This document shows, piece by piece, positions 11,792 through 21,624 of a DNA stretch of 64,000 nucleotides. The notes below the pieces were generated by a model that saw only the letters and a list, made by a program, of their open reading frames with translations, ran no database searches and had not been told where the DNA came from. How positions within the stretch are numbered: position 1 is the first letter of the stretch; every line of letters starts with the position of its first letter. The DNA lies in the NCBI GenBank assembly GCA_937870915.1, contig CALMZQ010000209.1, positions 30,709 through 94,708 of the forward strand, in the 5' to 3' direction. The position numbers and the translations under genes were made by a program. This stretch comes from an uncultured Ignavibacteria bacterium (GTDB lineage Bacteria > Bacteroidota > Ignavibacteria > Kapaibacteriales > Kapaibacteriaceae).

Positions 11792-11868
11792 TGGTACCGG
11801 AGGAGGGACTTGAACCCCCGACACATGGATTATGATTCCATTGCTCTAACCACCTGAGCTACTCCGGC
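11792..11868 (-). tRNA. tRNA with anticodon CAT (elongator Met, or Ile2 if lysidine-modified)
   Basis: The reverse complement GCCGGAGTAGCTCAGGTGGTTAGAGCAATGGAATCATAATCCATGTGTCGGGGGTTCAAGTCCCTCCTCCGGTACCA folds as a cloverleaf. Acceptor arm 7 bp (G1-U72), D arm GCTC/GAGC, anticodon stem ATGGA/TCCAT with loop ATCATAA, T arm GGGGG/CCCTC with TTCAAGT, and an encoded CCA. It lacks the 3 G-C pairs of initiator tRNAs. Confidence 0.88.
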
Positions 11869-11880
11869 ATTGCAGGGCTA

Positions 11881-11888
11881 CAAAGATA
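11881..11888 (-). promoter_or_regulatory. candidate -7 promoter box TATCTTTG (TAnnTTTG) for the tRNA
   Basis: Exact TAnnTTTG on the minus strand, ending 12 nt upstream of the mature tRNA 5' end. Confidence 0.5.
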
Positions 11889-11913
11889 AGAATTGATCGC
11901 AAATCATCGATGT

Positions 11914-12549
11914 TCAGGCATCGCCGGTGAGGCGGTGGAGTTCATCGCGGATGCGTGCGGCAGCTTCGTAATCTTCGACCTTGATGGCTTGATCGAGCTC
12001 CTGTTCCAATCTTTGACGGAAGGTCAGAGGTTCGGAGGGGGCTTCCTGGACAACGCTGCTTTGTTGCAGACGTTTGAGTTCGTTGTCGTCTTCGTCTTCT
12101 TCCGGGGTGTCGCTAGCCCCTTCTTCAATCTCAGGAATATCGTCTGCCTGCATGGCAATCTCGTCCATGATGACATCGGTTACGTACATCGGTGCGCCAC
12201 AGCGGACGGCTAGGGCAATTGCATCGCTCGGACGTGCATCAACTTCGAGCTCAGAGAACTCGAAGACGATGGTGGCATAGAACGTGCCTTCCTTGATGGA
12301 GTTGATGATGATCTCGCGGACAGTTGCACCCAATGTCTCGATGATGTTCTTTAACAGATCATGCGTCATGGGGCGTTGCGGACGTACACCTTCGAGCTCG
12401 TTGGCGATGGCCTGTGCCTCGGGTTCACCGATCACGATGGGGAGCCGACGTGTTCCGTCAACCTCTTTTAACAGCAGGGCATAGGCCCGCTGAGAATTGG
12501 GGTTGATAGAGAGCCCGAGGATGTCTACCTGGATCTTATTCATCATCAT
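11914..12549 (-). CDS. bifunctional nuclease (DUF151/BFN) domain protein with C-terminal UVR motif
   Basis: 211 aa. N-terminal ..RLPIVIGEPEAQAIA..PMTHDLL..ARPSDAIALA pattern of BFN proteins. Acidic linker. C-terminal QELDQAIKVEDYEAAARIRDEL (UvrB/UvrC-type UVR motif). Confidence 0.8.
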   Translation of the reverse strand: MMMNKIQVDILGLSINPNSQRAYALLLKEVDGTRRLPIVIGEPEAQAIANELEGVRPQRPMTHDLLKNIIETLGATVREIIINSIKEGTFYATIVFEFSELEVDARPSDAIALAVRCGAPMYVTDVIMDEIAMQADDIPEIEEGASDTPEEDEDDNELKRLQQSSVVQEAPSEPLTFRQRLEQELDQAIKVEDYEAAARIRDELHRLTGDA

Positions 12550-12555
12550 GTCCGA

Positions 12556-13524
12556 TCAGCTGCGACCAGTAACAGAAGAGATCTTTTGCGTGAGTTTCGG
12601 CAGTACTTCAAGGACATCACCAACGATGCCATAATCTGCAACCTTGAAAATCGGTGCATCCTTGTCCTTGTTGATGGCAACGATGATCTTACTGGTTGAC
12701 ATACCGGCAAGATGTTGAACAGCCCCGCTGATCCCGCAGGCGATATACATTGTTGGGCTCACGGTTTTTCCCGTTTGACCTACTTGTTCACGGTGCGGAC
12801 GCCATCCGGCATCTACCACGGCGCGCGACGCGCCAACGGCTGCTCCGAGACTGCGTGCGAGGGATTCAACGAGATGGAAATTCTCGGGACCCTTGAGACC
12901 ACGTCCACCGGAAACGATTACATCGGCCTCTGCTACATCGAGCATACCTTCATTTTTCGAAACACCGGTTACCGTGGTTGAACGCATGCCTGCACTTGAC
13001 GTTGGGGCAAAAGTTGTGACGGCAACAGTTACAGCGCCATCTTCGCGTGCGGTAAAAACGTTAGGACGCAAGGTTGCTACAGTTGTAGGTGTAGTGGCTT
13101 TCACACGGATGCTTGCCTTGCCTGCATAGACCGGACGTGTTGCTTCGAGTGAAGTTGACGTACCATGAAGCTCCGTGCAGTCAGGCAATAACCCTGCCTG
13201 CAAACGTACAGCAACACGTGGCGCTACGTCTTTGCCGGTTGCATTCGCAGAAAAGAGTACCGTTGTAGCTCCACACGTGGTTGCTGCTTCGGCTACAGCG
13301 GCTGCAACCGCACTGTTCTTAAAGGACGTCCATTCAGCACCGGTTACGTTGTAACACTGGGATAGGCCATAGGCACCGGCTGTTGCTATCTGAGCCTCGG
13401 TTGCATTGATCGTGATGCCGATCAGAGGCGCGCCGGAGGCTACCGCGCGGGCAGCTGTGATGGCTTCGTAGGAGGAACGCTTGAGTCCGTCACCGGATGA
13501 TTCGAGGAAGATCAAAATGCTCAT
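12556..13524 (-). CDS. etfA: electron transfer flavoprotein subunit alpha
   Basis: 322 aa. C-terminal FAD-binding signature YIACGISGAVQHLAGM. Confidence 0.92.
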   Translation of the reverse strand: MSILIFLESSGDGLKRSSYEAITAARAVASGAPLIGITINATEAQIATAGAYGLSQCYNVTGAEWTSFKNSAVAAAVAEAATTCGATTVLFSANATGKDVAPRVAVRLQAGLLPDCTELHGTSTSLEATRPVYAGKASIRVKATTPTTVATLRPNVFTAREDGAVTVAVTTFAPTSSAGMRSTTVTGVSKNEGMLDVAEADVIVSGGRGLKGPENFHLVESLARSLGAAVGASRAVVDAGWRPHREQVGQTGKTVSPTMYIACGISGAVQHLAGMSTSKIIVAINKDKDAPIFKVADYGIVGDVLEVLPKLTQKISSVTGRS

Positions 13525-14270
13525 TAGATCACCTTTGCTTCTTCGTGGAGGAGACGTACCAATTGTTCGATGTCGGCTTCACTGTCACTCATCATTTTAT
13601 TCATGCGCTTTGTTTCCGGTAAGGTCATGCCAACGGTAGCAACGCGTATGCTCGCAGAAGAGGCAGCGCGCTCAGCTATCGGCTTGGACTTTGCCTTCAT
13701 GATATCTGGCAGCTTTGGGTAACGAGGATCATTGAGCCCCTTCTGAGCACTGATCACACACGGAAGAGTTGACGAAACCATCTCTTTGCCACCCTCGATA
13801 TCTCGTTCTGCGGTTACGTTTGTGCCATCGATGGTTAACGTTGAAGCCATAGAGACATTCGGCCAGCCGAGGAGTTCGGCTACCATGGAGGGGACAACAA
13901 ATGAGTCGAAATCAATGGATTGCCGACCAAAAATGATCACATCCGGAGACGTCTCTGTTGCAAGCTCGGCAATAGCCGAAGAGATCACAAAGGAATCCGA
14001 ACGTGCTTCATCTTTCACCAATACGGCCGTGTCCGATCCCATTGCAAGCGCCGTACGGAGCACTTCCTTGGCCGTGTCCGGGCCGACGGTTACAGTTGTT
14101 ACGGTTCCGCCATTCTTTTCCTTTAGACGTAGGCCTTCTTCGATGGCAAACTCGTCGTACGGGTTAAGAATGAATTTCACACCGGCTGGGTTGATACTAC
14201 TTCCATCGGCACCCACGGTAACACGCGTGGTGGTGTCCGGCACCTGACTGATGCAGACAAGGATGTTCAT
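13524..14270 (-). CDS. etfB: electron transfer flavoprotein subunit beta
   Basis: ORF 13524..14339 trimmed to the ATG at 14270 (MNILVCISQVPDTTTRV..), a typical EtfB N-terminus. Directly abuts etfA. Confidence 0.9.
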   Translation of the reverse strand: MNILVCISQVPDTTTRVTVGADGSSINPAGVKFILNPYDEFAIEEGLRLKEKNGGTVTTVTVGPDTAKEVLRTALAMGSDTAVLVKDEARSDSFVISSAIAELATETSPDVIIFGRQSIDFDSFVVPSMVAELLGWPNVSMASTLTIDGTNVTAERDIEGGKEMVSSTLPCVISAQKGLNDPRYPKLPDIMKAKSKPIAERAASSASIRVATVGMTLPETKRMNKMMSDSEADIEQLVRLLHEEAKVI

Positions 14271-14303
14271 GAACTTCTCGTTTGAATTGACTGGATAAGA
14301 CCA

Positions 14304-14311
14304 CAAAGATA
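14304..14311 (-). promoter_or_regulatory. candidate -7 promoter box TATCTTTG upstream of etfB
   Basis: Exact TAnnTTTG on the minus strand, 33 nt upstream of the etfB ATG. Confidence 0.45.
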
Positions 14312-14317
14312 CGGGAA

Positions 14318-15694
14318 TCAAATGGTTCCTGTGGCCCAACGTAGCATCAATCTTGCTCGAGCCCAGTCGGCACGTGCCGAGACCTGTCGGAGAAGTGCTT
14401 CTGCCAAGAACCGTTCCCTCAAATTGAGCTGCAGAAGGGTGGATTCACCGGCCAAAAACTTGCGTTGTTCTGCATCAACCATAAAGCGTGCAAGACGCAC
14501 CTCTTCGTTGGAAGCTACAAGGCGTTCACGTGATCGATCAATGGAAATCACGGCATTTATGGCATCGGCATCCACCATTCGCTCTATGAGCGACCGAGTA
14601 AGATCGGCCCTCTGAACGGTGATCCCGGCCGTCTGCTGTTGCGCCGATGCCTGTCTGAAGAGAAGGGGCTGATTAACCCGCAACCCAAGTTTGTAGTCGG
14701 TATTGCTGAGAGAGGTTACATCATAGGCAAGTAATGCGGCTTCAACTTCGATGTAGGGTCTCATGAATTCTTGAGCAAGGGAGGAGTCCAACCGTGATGT
14801 CTGTTGGAAAACTTCGGCCCTACGTAACTCCGGACGTGTAGCTCTAGCCAGATTAGCTGCTTCGATGGCCTGTACGGTTGTGTCTGCTTGAGGGGGCAGA
14901 TCCAACGGCCGAGTCCCCACAGTTTGCTGCGGTGTACCGTTACCGTTCCAAAGAAACACGGCAACGTCTACTGCGAGTTGTTCTTCTATGCGCAATGCGC
15001 GAAATCGTTCTCCCTTGCGCCTCTCTACTTCTTGGGCTATCTCCACACTGTCGATCACAGCACTTTCACCGGCCTGTGCTCTCCGTGTAATAAAAACCAA
15101 TCTTCTCTCTGCTAGGGCAAGCATGGTATCGGCTACATCAACGGCTGCACGAGCTTCACTCCAATCCCAGTATCGCATACCGGCTGTGCGTAGGAGGTTG
15201 TTGCGTTCAAGTCGATATTGAGCTTGTGCCAAATCAGGACGTAACATGGCCTTGCGTAGCTGATTACGTCTGCTGTCTGTGAATATGCCTTGTAAGATGG
15301 GCATGGAGATCCCCAGAGCCCCTTCCCCCGGAGCGGTGGTGGTGGACTCGGGGTTGATGCTGCTACCTATCCCTCGGGAATAGGATGCCTTGATTTTGGG
15401 TCCAAAGAGCATGTCGAGTGGAAGCTCTAAGGAACCGTCGAAGAGATTGAGTTTATCCGAGCCGTCCTTGTCCTTGTACTCATACGACATGTTAAGTACG
15501 GGATCGAAGCGTCCAAGAGCAGCACGAACTTCGGCCTCTGCAATCTCGGGTTCAAAGTCTGCGGAGCGTAGTGCAGGGTTGTTCACTTCTACTTGACGGA
15601 GGAAGGCTTCTAGCGTAAGCGTCGATTGGGCAATGGTACGTCCGGCCCCGGCCAACAGCATAGTTATGAGAAACAGAATGGCATGGACCTTCAT
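14318..15694 (-). CDS. TolC-family outer-membrane efflux protein
   Basis: 458 aa. Signal peptide (..LLAGAGRTIAQ) and two-fold repeated coiled-coil/OEP-like sequence. Last gene of the ABC-MFP-OMF operon. Confidence 0.8.
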   Translation of the reverse strand: MKVHAILFLITMLLAGAGRTIAQSTLTLEAFLRQVEVNNPALRSADFEPEIAEAEVRAALGRFDPVLNMSYEYKDKDGSDKLNLFDGSLELPLDMLFGPKIKASYSRGIGSSINPESTTTAPGEGALGISMPILQGIFTDSRRNQLRKAMLRPDLAQAQYRLERNNLLRTAGMRYWDWSEARAAVDVADTMLALAERRLVFITRRAQAGESAVIDSVEIAQEVERRKGERFRALRIEEQLAVDVAVFLWNGNGTPQQTVGTRPLDLPPQADTTVQAIEAANLARATRPELRRAEVFQQTSRLDSSLAQEFMRPYIEVEAALLAYDVTSLSNTDYKLGLRVNQPLLFRQASAQQQTAGITVQRADLTRSLIERMVDADAINAVISIDRSRERLVASNEEVRLARFMVDAEQRKFLAGESTLLQLNLRERFLAEALLRQVSARADWARARLMLRWATGTI

Positions 15695-16920
15695 TTTGCC
15701 GGGTCCTTTGCCGATGTCTTCGAAGAGAATTTTGTGTCCTTAACCGGTACGGGAAACTGAGGAGGGAAGCCCATCAGCTGACGCCAGAGTTCATAGCCGA
15801 TCGGTACCTCGTCGAGCAAGACCCACCCCGATGCCTCAGTTCCTTGACGCAGATACCGTCCATCAGGCCACGTAGAATATTGTGGATCATCAGTTGGGAT
15901 GATAAGAACACGGAACCGTCCGGTACCATCATCAACGGCATCAACTACCTTCACTCGTCCATGGAAGATTCCTACGTTTACATGACGCCATCCACTGAAT
16001 TGAAAGGCAGGGAATCCACTGAACTGCAGGGACACGTATCGTCCGGGCTGGATCAAGGCAGCATCCATACCACTCACATAGATTTCTACGGCTTGGTCAT
16101 TGGATGTAGGGACGATCAATGCAAGCTCTTCACCTTCCTTGACGGTTTGTCCAGATCCCGCCTTGGCAATTCGCACAACTGTTCCGGTAAGGGGCGCCAG
16201 AATAACACCGGAACCAACGCGACCTTCGGCGTTGCCGAGCCGTACGTCTACTTCTTGCATCGTAACGTAGGCTTGATTGATCACTCGTTCTTCTTCTGCA
16301 ACAAATGCATTGATGTCTTGCTGCGCGGAGGTCATGCCGGCAAAGGCCGTTGCTGAATCCGCCATTGCCTTTTGGAGATTCAACTGTGCTGTTTCCACCT
16401 CTCTTCGGGAGACAAGATCTTGCTTGAAGAGGGTATCTGCTCGTTGATAGCGAATGCGTGCTGTACTGATCTCAACCATCACGTTCTCGAGTCGGGCCAG
16501 AGATGCATTGTAACGTTGTTCAGCTTGTTTGCGACGTTGAATAGCAACGTTGATGGCCTTCTCTTGCGCATCGAATGTTCGTTCTCGCAGGATCTGAAGC
16601 CGATTCAGAAGATTGGTGTCGAGGAAGTTCACATTGATATCAGCGAGAATCGCAATGGTATCTCCCTTGTTCACATGAGCCCCTTCTCGAACATACCAGC
16701 GGACGATCCTACCACTGATCCTGCTCTCCACGGTCTGCGGCCTGGCCTCCGGAGCAAAAGACGTTACCTTCCCACTGCCTACAACAGTCTGTTGCCACGG
16801 CACGAGAATGAGAAAGGCTATGGTGAAGGCGAGCAACACGCCGATGAATACCACCAGCTTGCGGTGAATGGTGCTTGTAGAAAGCAACGTATAAACGTGT
16901 CTGCTGCGGAGATCAACCAT
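15691..16920 (-). CDS. HlyD-family membrane fusion protein
   Basis: ORF trimmed to the ATG at 16920 (MVDLRSRH..), which overlaps the ABC stop by 8 nt. Single N-terminal TM, lipoyl-like hairpin, long coiled coil. 4-nt overlap with the tolC-like start. Confidence 0.85.
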   Translation of the reverse strand: MVDLRSRHVYTLLSTSTIHRKLVVFIGVLLAFTIAFLILVPWQQTVVGSGKVTSFAPEARPQTVESRISGRIVRWYVREGAHVNKGDTIAILADINVNFLDTNLLNRLQILRERTFDAQEKAINVAIQRRKQAEQRYNASLARLENVMVEISTARIRYQRADTLFKQDLVSRREVETAQLNLQKAMADSATAFAGMTSAQQDINAFVAEEERVINQAYVTMQEVDVRLGNAEGRVGSGVILAPLTGTVVRIAKAGSGQTVKEGEELALIVPTSNDQAVEIYVSGMDAALIQPGRYVSLQFSGFPAFQFSGWRHVNVGIFHGRVKVVDAVDDGTGRFRVLIIPTDDPQYSTWPDGRYLRQGTEASGWVLLDEVPIGYELWRQLMGFPPQFPVPVKDTKFSSKTSAKDPAK

Positions 16921-18640
16921 GGTGACCTCCAACAGGGAAGAGGCTGCAGAAAGTGCCGGCTTTGCTGTGAAGTTCTTGTGGTGTTCCTGACTCTGTAATA
17001 CGTCCTTCCTGAAGTACGTGTACGTATGACGTGCGATGCACCACTTCCGGGTCATGCGAAATGTTAATGATGGTCCAATGTGGCCAAGCCATCAAATCAT
17101 CGAGCATTGCAAGTTTCGCAGCATCTTCAATTCCCTCAAAGGCCTCATCAATTATGAGCACGTCTGGTTTACTCATGATCATACGTGCAAATAAGATCCG
17201 CCTTCGCATTCCAAACGAAAGATTTTCACCTGTTGCTGTGAGGTGGGTATTGAGACCATTAGGGAGCTCTCGTACGCTATCGGTAAGATGGGCCATCCGA
17301 AGTGTCCACTGCAGGTCGTCTTGCGATACACTGCGTCCTAGTGTGATATTCTCTAGCACAGTACCGGGAATGATTTGATTCTCCGGGAAGACATATCCTA
17401 CACGTGTACGCAACGAGTGGAGATTGGCAACACGCGTATCAACACCGTTTACCTCTATTGAGCCCCGCGAAGGAGCATCCAATCCAATCATGATCTGGGC
17501 AAGGGTGGATTTACCTGCACCACTTGCGCCAACCAGACTTATGCGGTCTCCGGCATGTACAACAAATGTCACATCCTTGAGTACCTCGTGTTCGCCATAG
17601 CTGAAGCCCACATTTCGTACATCAACAGTTCCACCCGTTGGTAGGTCTTGAACCGGCAGTCCGTTCTTTCGCTCGAGTGGTAACTCTATGATGGTAGAGA
17701 GTTTATCAAGGGCTGCAACAAGGTCGTAATACATGTCGAACTGACTAATGAGCTTCTCCATCGCTCCGAGTATGAGGATGATGATGATCTCTGCAGCCAC
17801 AAGTTGACCTAATGAGATTGCCTGCTCGATAACAAGGATCCCACCAAGCGCAAGGATGCCAACGGTCGCAAATCCTTTGAAGAGATATGACCCAAAAATC
17901 TGTCGAGCAAGAACAAGGTAGAGTTTATGTTTCGACAATACATAACCGGTACTGATCTCATCCATGCGATCAAGGATAAGGGGGCTTGCCCCTGTCAACT
18001 TGAATCCGAGCTGATTACGGGCAACGTCTTCGAGCCACGCAGCAGCCATGTACTTTTTCTTTGAGACGTTTATTGCGTTTGCAATAGCACCCCTACCTAA
18101 TCCATAGATCAGGACTGGCAAGAAGAGCATGAAGACCAGGTCGTAGAGGAGGAAGAACGGGTGATAGACTCCGAGAACAATGAGGCCTGTGAGCAAGACC
18201 AACACGGCGTTGGTGCCTTCGAGGAGGAATTTTCCAACTGACTTCTGAATGGTAACTACATCGAAGAACCGGTTCACAAGTTCCGGACCGTAGGAATCTC
18301 GTAACGATGCCTGGGTGAGGTGAGGAAGACGGTACACGATGTCAAAGGCCGTGGTGACAAACATTCGTCGTTGGATCATGTCGATCACATAACGCTCGAA
18401 AACAGAAATCACAGCAGTGGCCAACATCGCAGAAAAAACAATAATGCAGAGCACAACGAGCTGTTGGCTGAACACGCCCAAGGCAACAGCATTTACGATG
18501 GCCTGAGAGCTAAGGGGAACAACGAGTCCCAATAGGCTTGAGAGAACGGAGTAGATCACAACGATCACCACGTCTCGTTTTTCGGCCTTTAAGATCCTTC
18601 GAATGGAGGTCCATTCAAGTCGAAATGAATTCTTCGTCAT
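16913..18640 (-). CDS. ABC exporter, fused permease/ATPase (PrtD-like type I secretion class, no C39 peptidase domain)
   Basis: 575 aa. Six-TM N-terminal half, Walker A GASGAGKST, Walker B VLIIDEA, H-loop NISHD. The C-loop reads LSFGM rather than LSGGQ. Confidence 0.88.
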   Translation of the reverse strand: MTKNSFRLEWTSIRRILKAEKRDVVIVVIYSVLSSLLGLVVPLSSQAIVNAVALGVFSQQLVVLCIIVFSAMLATAVISVFERYVIDMIQRRMFVTTAFDIVYRLPHLTQASLRDSYGPELVNRFFDVVTIQKSVGKFLLEGTNAVLVLLTGLIVLGVYHPFFLLYDLVFMLFLPVLIYGLGRGAIANAINVSKKKYMAAAWLEDVARNQLGFKLTGASPLILDRMDEISTGYVLSKHKLYLVLARQIFGSYLFKGFATVGILALGGILVIEQAISLGQLVAAEIIIILILGAMEKLISQFDMYYDLVAALDKLSTIIELPLERKNGLPVQDLPTGGTVDVRNVGFSYGEHEVLKDVTFVVHAGDRISLVGASGAGKSTLAQIMIGLDAPSRGSIEVNGVDTRVANLHSLRTRVGYVFPENQIIPGTVLENITLGRSVSQDDLQWTLRMAHLTDSVRELPNGLNTHLTATGENLSFGMRRRILFARMIMSKPDVLIIDEAFEGIEDAAKLAMLDDLMAWPHWTIINISHDPEVVHRTSYVHVLQEGRITESGTPQELHSKAGTFCSLFPVGGHHG

Positions 18641-18688
18641 CTGTCGGCGTCCTCATTGGTGAAATGAGCTGATGGGCGTCGGCATGGT

Positions 18689-21589
18689 TTACAAAGAGTT
18701 GGCAGCAAGCTCTGAGCGTATGTACGTTCCAGTGATGCTCTCCGGATTGAGGGCAACAGCTTCGGGAGTTCCATGTGCTACAATCCTACCACCGTCACGA
18801 CCACCACCCGGACCGAGGTCCACGATATGGTCAGCATAGGTGATCACATCCAGATTGTGTTCGATCACGATCACCGTATTCCCCTTAGCCACAAGCTTGT
18901 CCAAAAGGCGCAGGAGAACACGAGTATCTTCAAAATGCAATCCGGTTGTGGGTTCATCGAGGAGGTATAACGTTTTACCCGTGCTTGTCTTGGATAATTC
19001 GGTGGCAAGTTTTACACGTTGTGCTTCGCCCCCTGACAACGTAGGAGCCTGTTGTCCGAGCGTGATGTAGGTGAGACCCACATCCATCAATGTACCGAGC
19101 TTTGCCTTGATGCGCGGGATGTCCGTAAATAGTTCGTAGGCCTCCTCAACGGTCATGTTGAGGACATCTGCGATGGACTTGCCCTTAAAACGGACGGTAA
19201 GTGTCTCGGCATTGTAGCGTTTTCCGCCGCAGATGTCACAGGGAACGTAAACATCGGGTAGGAAGTTCATTTCGATCTTGCGGATACCCACACCTTCACA
19301 CTCTTCGCAACGTCCACCGGACACATTGAAGCTAAACCGTCCGGCTAGATAACCTCGGATCTTGGCTTCGGGGAGCATCGTGTAGAAGTCGCGGATCTGG
19401 GTGAACAGTCCGGTATATGTAGCCGGGTTCGACCTCGGTGTTCTTCCAATCGGCGTTTGATCGATCTCAATCACTTTGTCGATTTGTTCTATTCCTTCAA
19501 TACGATCGTATGGAAGAGGAACAGTTTCAGCATGGAAGAAGTGTCGGGAAAGAATTGGGTAGAGCGTATCATTTATGAGCGTGCTTTTGCCCGACCCACT
19601 CATGCCGGTGATGCAGGTGAAGGTGCCAAGGGGCAATTCAAGGGTAACGTTCTGTAGGTTGTGTCCGCGAGCACCAACGAGTCGCAGGACCTTGCCATTG
19701 CCTTCTCTGCGAACCTCCCGCACATCCATTTGACGTTCACCGGTGAGGTACTGCAACGTGAGGGACCTATCGTAGTCCTTGTTACGACCGAGTGCTTCAT
19801 TGCCACGGGCCGCCCCCTTCACAGAAAACTCTGCGATGATCTCTCCGCCATGAACGCCGGCACCCGGACCGATGTCTACAACGTGGTCTGCTTCCTCGAT
19901 CATCTCCCTGTCGTGCTCAACCACAAGAATCGTGTTACCAAGATCTCGCAGATTCTTCAGTGAGGTGATGAGTTTACGATTATCATGTTGGTGGAGTCCG
20001 ATGCTTGGTTCATCCAATACATACGTAACACCAACGAGCTGCGAGCCGATCTGAGAAGCGAGCCGAATGCGCTGCGATTCACCGCCGGAGAGTGATCGTG
20101 CACTACGATCGAGCGTGAGGTAGGACAACCCAACTTCATGAAGGAAGCTCAACCTGCTTGTGATCTCCTTGAGGATCAGTGTGGCAATGATATTCTGTCT
20201 GTCCGTGAGTTTCGTTGCGAGAGTGCTGAACCAACCATGCGCCGTTGTGATGTCAAGGACAGATGAATCGTGGATATTCTTGTCCGCAATTCGCACGTGC
20301 AGGTGAGCACGTTTCAATCGAGCACCGCCACATTCTCTACATGGAATAGTTGCAAAGAACCGCTCGATCGACTTACGAACCGTTGCTGTGCTCGATTGTT
20401 CATGTTGATGTCTGAGCGATGGCAACACGCCGATATAGGAGTGCTTTACCGTTGTGCCACTATAAGCCACATTGATGGATGAGCCATCTAAGCCATAAAG
20501 GATGCCACTGAGTTGATGTTCCGTGAGTTCACCCACAGGCACATTCATTGGGATCTTATTGTGCTCACACCACGAAATCACCTGCTTCCACAGCCATGTT
20601 TCGCGCTTTTTTCCAAGGGGCGCAATACCACCATTGAGGAGCGTAATCGATGGATCTGGTACGACCAGGGCAGGGTCGAAGTCCATCATTTCACCAATGC
20701 CTTCGCACGAACCGCAAGCACCAAACGGAGAGTTGAAGGAAAACATGTTTGGAGCAGGAGTCTGATACGATGTACCACATTGTGGGCAAGCGTATTGCGT
20801 GCTGAAGAACCGGTCTTCCCAATCCTCGGGTGTTGTTTCGGAGAGGACCGTAAGCCCACCATCACCGAGTGACAATGCAGTTTCCACACTTTCCGTGAGT
20901 CTGCGCGGACTTTCCGGATCTACTGCCAGGCGGTCTATCACCAGTTCTATGGTATGGACCTTGTACCGTGCTAATTGCATCCCTTCGGTGATCTCCGTGA
21001 GTTCGCCGTCAACGCGAACGCGAGTGAATCCCTGACGTCGGAACTGGTCGAAGAGTTCGCGGTAATGCCCCTTCCTTCCCTTTACAACTGGACTCAGAAT
21101 CTGGAGTCGAGTCCCGACAGGCAAGGCCAACAACGTCTCCACGATCTGTTCCGTTGTCTGCTGTTTTACCGGTATATCACAATTCACACAGAACTGCGTA
21201 CCCACCTTAGCATACAGCAAACGAAGGTAATCGTAGATCTCAGTTACCGTCCCCACCGTAGACCGTGGGCTCATTCCGATACTTTTTTGTTCGATCGAGA
21301 TGGCGGGGGAGAGCCCTTCGATAAAGTCCACATCAGGCTTCTTCATCACGCCAAGGAACTGCCGAGCATAGGAGGACATACACTCCACATATCGGCGCTG
21401 TCCCTCAGCATAAATCGTATCGAATGCCAATGAAGACTTTCCGGATCCACTCAGCCCCGTTATCACCGTTAGCTGGTCACGCGGTATCTCCAGATGAATG
21501 TTCTTGAGATTGTGCTCACGAGCTCCCCTCACACGGATCATGGTGTGTTCTGCATCTACTTCTACAAGGGGCTCTGTATCGCGGGTCAT
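18689..21589 (-). CDS. uvrA: excinuclease ABC subunit A
   Basis: ORF trimmed to the ATG at 21589, because the longer N-terminus is translated repeat DNA. Two ABC modules (GLSGSGKSS, GMSGSGKST) and Zn-finger Cys pairs (CPQCG, CEECEG..CDICGG). Confidence 0.96.
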   Translation of the reverse strand: MTRDTEPLVEVDAEHTMIRVRGAREHNLKNIHLEIPRDQLTVITGLSGSGKSSLAFDTIYAEGQRRYVECMSSYARQFLGVMKKPDVDFIEGLSPAISIEQKSIGMSPRSTVGTVTEIYDYLRLLYAKVGTQFCVNCDIPVKQQTTEQIVETLLALPVGTRLQILSPVVKGRKGHYRELFDQFRRQGFTRVRVDGELTEITEGMQLARYKVHTIELVIDRLAVDPESPRRLTESVETALSLGDGGLTVLSETTPEDWEDRFFSTQYACPQCGTSYQTPAPNMFSFNSPFGACGSCEGIGEMMDFDPALVVPDPSITLLNGGIAPLGKKRETWLWKQVISWCEHNKIPMNVPVGELTEHQLSGILYGLDGSSINVAYSGTTVKHSYIGVLPSLRHQHEQSSTATVRKSIERFFATIPCRECGGARLKRAHLHVRIADKNIHDSSVLDITTAHGWFSTLATKLTDRQNIIATLILKEITSRLSFLHEVGLSYLTLDRSARSLSGGESQRIRLASQIGSQLVGVTYVLDEPSIGLHQHDNRKLITSLKNLRDLGNTILVVEHDREMIEEADHVVDIGPGAGVHGGEIIAEFSVKGAARGNEALGRNKDYDRSLTLQYLTGERQMDVREVRREGNGKVLRLVGARGHNLQNVTLELPLGTFTCITGMSGSGKSTLINDTLYPILSRHFFHAETVPLPYDRIEGIEQIDKVIEIDQTPIGRTPRSNPATYTGLFTQIRDFYTMLPEAKIRGYLAGRFSFNVSGGRCEECEGVGIRKIEMNFLPDVYVPCDICGGKRYNAETLTVRFKGKSIADVLNMTVEEAYELFTDIPRIKAKLGTLMDVGLTYITLGQQAPTLSGGEAQRVKLATELSKTSTGKTLYLLDEPTTGLHFEDTRVLLRLLDKLVAKGNTVIVIEHNLDVITYADHIVDLGPGGGRDGGRIVAHGTPEAVALNPESITGTYIRSELAANSL

Positions 21590-21616
21590 AGGGCGTGTTG
21601 GAATGAAGCAAACCAA

Positions 21617-21624
21617 CAAAGATA
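21617..21624 (-). promoter_or_regulatory. candidate -7 promoter box TATCTTTG upstream of uvrA
   Basis: Exact TAnnTTTG on the minus strand (context CGTATCTTTGTTG), 27 nt upstream of the uvrA ATG. Confidence 0.45.

Noticed and set aside
11628-11813. 61-aa ORF 'MKFAIRYSLFTIRYSLF...'
   Set aside because: It is a pure translation of the heptamer array and runs into the tRNA gene. Not coding.
15844-16998. 170-aa and 208-aa plus-strand ORFs
   Set aside because: They are antisense to the HlyD-family gene, which has the expected TM, coiled-coil and barrel pattern and operon overlaps.
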